Assembly (NCBI RefSeq): GCF_963921235.1
Contig: NC_086097.1
Span: forward strand, 207,640,001 to 207,704,000
Source: Mobula hypostoma
Taxonomy: Eukaryota
DNA length: 64,000 nucleotides
Direction of reading: 5' to 3'
Below, in pieces: positions 58,894-64,000 of the stretch. Within the stretch, counting starts at the first letter, position 1; every line of letters starts with the position of its first letter. The notes below the pieces were generated by a model that saw only the letters and a program-made list of their open reading frames with translations, was not told the DNA's origin and ran no database searches. A program made the position numbers and the translations under genes.

Positions 58894-61884
58894 CTAATGA
58901 AACTAAAATCAGAGATAGAATGAAATAAGCAGTCAAGCCAAGCATTCTTAAAAGTATTTAAATGATAAGCAAAGAAAGCATAACTAAGCAAAGCAGTCAT
59001 CAAAAAAATACCATTCTGACTGCCTCTGGTTCTAACCTAGACTAAAATCTTAACCAAAGACAAAGCATGAATACGTAACTATACTTTTCACTTCTACCAC
59101 ACCCCAACCCACGTGACAAATTACCCATAATAAGTGTGCAGCCTAAATACTATGCAGACAGACAGAAAATAGATACATGACTTCTACAAATAGAACTTCA
59201 ATTTTTGACAATCTTTCTATTTCTAATTAGACTAGAGATGATCATCCACCCAGACAGCAAGGAATCTAATATCTTTATTTACCACTTCATCAGTCAATAA
59301 CTGTTGTTATTAACTATTTCAATGATTAAATCATTGATAATTGCACTTGCAATTGTGTGTAGTACTCGGTAGGGATCAATTTTTTCGCTTTGCTGGATTT
59401 GTGGCAGTCAAACAATTCATTCTCCTTTTCCTTAATTAATGTGAAAGCCTAATGATGCCTCACCTAAACCACCCAATTCATTTCATTTATATGATCTTAA
59501 ATTACCAAATCAAATTCGATTAACCCAAAGTTAACACAATTAAGCCCCCTGGCCTCAAGCAAGTCGTGAAGACATTTAAAAAAAATAATATCAGGGTTGA
59601 CTATTCCACAAATCCATTTCTATTGGAAATACTAAAAAAGAACAATCTTTTATATTAGGGAATGATGCAATTTGTTTTTCACATATCTGCTGTGAAATAA
59701 AAGAAAGGGTTTTTGCATGTATTTTTGTAAACCCATAATATCCCAGTATGCTTTACAAGTAATGAAACGCTATTGAAATACAGTTACTGTTGACACACAG
59801 GGAAATATCATTTTATGGAAGCTGCTCCAAAAATCAAAATAATGACTAGAGCTAGGCTGATTGTGAGATAAGTAGTGGCCAGTGGGCCAAGGTTAATGCA
59901 GCTACACTTCAAAATAATGTCATCGGCAGAGGAGCAAATTGATCAATGCAGAAATCTTGCAAGCACACCGCATGAAATTGAAATGCTGCCTACTTTGAAA
60001 GCAACAGGGTTTAGTTATTCATATATCACAATCCTCAACACAGCTCACCAGAGCTATGCAACAACACGTCAAGGTTTTCTCCAATAGATATTGTACCAGA
60101 AATTGCTTTCAGGCATGGGTTATGTTTATGAGGTTTTAATGATCTACAAATGGTGCTCCTAATGCAATGTTAAATATTGAAGACAAAATTGTAAATAAGT
60201 TACCTTAAAATTGATCAGTAGTTTCATTGCCTGCAGCTGCCAAAGAACTGTGGGAACTAGCTTTCCCCAGCCATCTGTTTGCATGCTAAGACACACAGTC
60301 ATATCTAATTCTTAAAATAATTTGGGGTGCTGTGAAACAGGCTGCCAATAGCAATTTTAAATCTTTCATTTATTTTCAAAACAGAAATTCCCAAAGTGTT
60401 AGGAGGAGTTTTACCAACCAGTCTGGAATCAATAGTAGAGAAAGTTATTTGGGTCAATTATTACTTCTACCTTTTCACATTAACATTGTGATAGCAGCCA
60501 GTGGATTTTACCAAATGAGACGACCTTTGAAACATTTTGAAATTGGATTACCAGAGAAGGTCTAGGGTAGGTTTTCTCCAGCATATTTCTAACATTGGAT
60601 GTAACATTGCTCACTTATGTCTGAACTCAGTGAACCATTGGTTCTGATTGGTAGAACTGGAAAAGTCATTCCAGATTCATTGGGAGCTACTTATTTGAGG
60701 ATAGGGAAATGCCTCCATGGGTGGACTTGGCAGACAAAGGAAAACCTATGTTTTGTGATTGTGCCCCTCACCTTGCTCTTAATATGCTGAATTTTCAGAT
60801 GGAGAGACTTACATTGTGTTCACTTGTTTCTGATGTCCAACTTCCTCCCTGGTCCATTTATATAAAAAGATTTGTCAGTGAAATAATTCATGATATGTTT
60901 TATGCACCGATCTATGTATAGCTTTGTTTATACTTCGGAGTCCTAAGTCCCTCTTGTTGGTTCAGTCACATAAATCCACATGCAATCTTGATAAATTAAA
61001 ATTGCAAAATAACCTACTACTTTTATTTACAGTATATTGTTATACAGGTCAGGTCCAGATTACATATGCCTGACTTATGGACATCAATACATACAAACGA
61101 GCTCCTGTAATAGTATTAAACTCAGAAATCCAGAGTACATTCCTACATATGACAGGGGTGAATTTTTTGGCATTAAAACATTGTTACAATTCTGTTTTGG
61201 AAGGTTCTTAGAAGATCAAGAAATTGAGAAATAAGCAGCATAACTGCATTAATTTTTCACTGCTGCCAAAATGTAATGCACAGATGAAAGCCCATCGGGC
61301 ACTTCATAAAACTACAAGAACACAACAACATCAGCAATCTTCCCACGACTAGGGACAGCTTTAACTTCAACATGACAACAGTAAGGCTGGGAGCATAGGA
61401 GTATTTTCCTCGGTTTACTGACAGGGATCCTAAAACACTGGTGGATCACATCATCTGTTTAAGGTTTGTTGTAGTCTAACTGTAAATGCAGGTTTATAAC
61501 ATTTGGCCTTTAAAATATTGTTCAATTCAAACACAATATTAATAAAAGCTTCTTTTTGTGTAAGTAAGCAGTAGCAGTTATTATTCAGATTGATGTGGCC
61601 AAAAATCTTGCTGTAGAATTTTATGTAATTTAAATGACCTGAGTTCCAGAAAATAACATTATGGAAGAAGAAACAAGATTTTTTTTCTGATGCAAAGACA
61701 CCCTAGAAAAGTACAAAATTGGCCATACCAAACAAAAAATCTTTTCAATTTTGCCATGTCTTTTAAAGGTGCGCTTCAATGAAGCTATATGGAATGGGAA
61801 CACTGACAACACCAGAAAAATTATTTGTTCATTATTTAAAAATTTGAAGCCACAACCAAATACCAAGTCAAGTATACCAACTTA

Positions 61885-62420
61885 GAGTCAGAATCAGGTT
61901 TAATATCACTAGCATATGCCATGACCTTTTTTTTTAATTTAGCGGCAGCGGTACAATGCAATACATGATAATATAGAAAAAAATAAGTAAATCAATTACA
62001 GCAAATACAAATTGTGGTCTTCCAGTTAGAAAGTTGAAGATCCAATTGAAGAAGGAGGTACAGAGGCCCAGGTTCTGTAGCTTATCGATCAGGACTGTGG
62101 GAATGATTGAGCTAAACGCTGAGCTATAGGTGTTTGTATGGTCCAGGTGATCTAAGGCCGTGTGAAGAGCCATAGACCTATTGTGGTGATAGGCAAATTG
62201 TAGTATGCCCAGGTTCTTGCTGAGGCAGGAGTTGATTCTAGCCATAACTAACCTCTCAACGAATTTCATCACAGTAGATGTGAGTACTGCTGGACGATAA
62301 TCATTAAGGGTACTCACACAACTCTTCTTACGTTCTAGTATAATTGTTGCCCTTTTGAAGCAGGTGGGAACTTCTGACCATAGCAATGACAGGTTGAAAA
62401 GGTCCTTGAATACTCCTGCC
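61885..62420 (-). mobile_element. Rex1/Babar-like fragment (RT N-terminal part joined to the 3' tail)
   Basis: LAGVF.D.FNLSL, PTCFK.A.I, LNDYRP..LTS.VMK..ERLV, LQFAY; CAGAATCAG tail. Confidence 0.9.
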
Positions 62421-62689
62421 AACTCAGACTTTGATTCAAGTACCTCATGATAACTGATCATCTAATTAGTGGTCAATTATTCTTACATTCAATACACCAT
62501 AATCAGATGTGAATCGCTGAATAACCGCAATTATTTCTGCTGAAAACATAGAAAGTGTCACATGAAACAAATCTTTATGTGAACAAGTAACAGAAATGCA
62601 TTTTATTCAACATAAATGAATGCTTGCTTCAAGTGAATAATTGAAATGGAGAGATCTTGGTGTCTATAAAAGAATTAACAATGCAATTA

Positions 62690-63735
62690 AACCAGGAGAA
62701 CAAAGCGAAGGTATGAGATAGACCTGGCAGGTAAAGTTAAGGAAAATCCCAAGAAAATTCAGTGTTAGGATACTTGTTATTCAATATTTATGTAAATAAT
62801 TTTGATGTAAGTGCACAGGGTTGTCAGCAAGGTTACAGATGACACAAAATTAGGAGGTGTTGTTGATAGTGAAGAAGGTTTTTGTGATCTTGATCAGTCA
62901 GGGAAGTGCAACAAGGAGTGGAAAATTGACTTCAATACAGAAAAGTCTGAGGTGATGCCTTTTAGAAAGCCAGAATAGAATCTCGCTTCACCCCCACCCC
63001 AGTCCCCACTTTTCCCCTCACCTTCTTTCACCTATCACCTGCTAGCTTGTAGTCCTTCCCCTCTTCCCACCTTTTCATTCTGCCTTATTCCCCCTTGATT
63101 TCCAGTCCTAATAAAGGAACTTGGCCTAAAACTTTGAATATTATTCCTCTCCATAGATGCTCCTGCCCTGCTGAGCTCCTCCAGGATTTTGTGTGCATTG
63201 CCTTGTATTTCCAGTATCTGCAGAATCTTGTGTCCAGTATAGGACTTATACTGTGAGTGGTAGGGCACTGGAGAGTGTAATGGTCCATTGAAACTGGTGC
63301 CACAGATAGACAGTATAGTGAAAAGGGTGTTCAGCATGTTGGCTTTCATCAGTATGGGAGATGGGACATCATGTCTGCAGTTGTAAAAATCACTGGTGAT
63401 GCTCCACTTGGAGTACTGTGTTCAATTTTGGTCATCCTGTTGTAGGAAAGATGTGGTTAAACTAGAAAGAGCGCAGAAAAGACTTACAAAGATGGTGTCA
63501 GGACTAGAAGGCCTGAGTTACAGGGAGTGGTTAGGCAGGCGAGGTCCTTATTTCTTGAACATAGGAGAATGAGGGGGCATTCTTAAAGAAGTGTTTAAAA
63601 TTATGAGAGGCATAGATAAGGTGAATGGTGACAGCCTTGAGGTCTGAGCAAAGGAAATTTCTACTATCTACAGTCTAGGTGGTCGGCATGGACTTATTGG
63701 ACGAAGGGCTTGCACGCCTGCCATATTGTTCTATG
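62690..63735 (+). mobile_element. Decayed CR1 interrupted by a Penelope 3' fragment (about 62980-63235)
   Basis: K.TDDTKLGG, PLGVL/HLEYCVQFWS-like, LER.QKR.TKM; the insert carries a decayed hammerhead at 63103-63140. Confidence 0.82.
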
Positions 63736-64000
63736 ATGCAATCTGCAGATGTATCTTTTCAATTCTGGTCTCATCACTGCTAATTACCTTCTCTGGTGCT
63801 TCAGTGTCGAAGACTGGGTTATAATGAATGAAGAGTTCTTAATCTCCTTCCAGCCACTAGAGAATATTAAAAAGTATTGGATGCATTACAAAGCTGCACA
63901 GTGTTTGAAAATGCAAGGTGAAACAGAAGAATTATTTGACAAATAAAATATACCAGAAGATTGACATTTAGCATAAGGTGCATTTACAACACAAGTTTAA

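Noticed and set aside
63749..63946. Plus-strand ORF with AG/GT-like borders
   Set aside because: No recognisable protein and weak splice signals.
1..64000. CRISPR arrays, prokaryotic operons, rRNA/tRNA genes
   Set aside because: None seen; the sequence is vertebrate retrotransposon-rich DNA, and the tRNA-like boxes belong to SINE heads.

Overview
Eukaryotic, repeat-dominated vertebrate DNA. The element mix (CR1, Rex1/Babar-like, Penelope-like, L1, RTE, V-SINE/Deu-like SINEs) suggests a cartilaginous fish such as a ray or shark; that is an inference. I recognise no host protein-coding gene, rRNA, tRNA gene or CRISPR array, and essentially all recognisable ORFs are decayed retrotransposon pieces. 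Most notable: (1) a young Penelope-like element (RT + GIY-YIG, Neptune-type Cys linker) at 52910-56098 with ~1 kb near-identical inverted arms and a 16-bp target-site duplication; each arm ends in a motif-intact minimal type I hammerhead ribozyme, and about a dozen decayed copies of that ribozyme-bearing end lie across the window; (2) a ~590-bp TSD-flanked RTE-like short element with an HDV-like ribozyme candidate at its 5' end (48050-48202); (3) smaller events: a 72-bp TG..CA mini-element, a solo LTR, a 159-bp templated insertion, an inverted CR1 tail, Tc1-like mini-palindromes and an RT catalytic motif overwritten by a local duplication. Boundaries were read by eye and are approximate unless TSDs are quoted.
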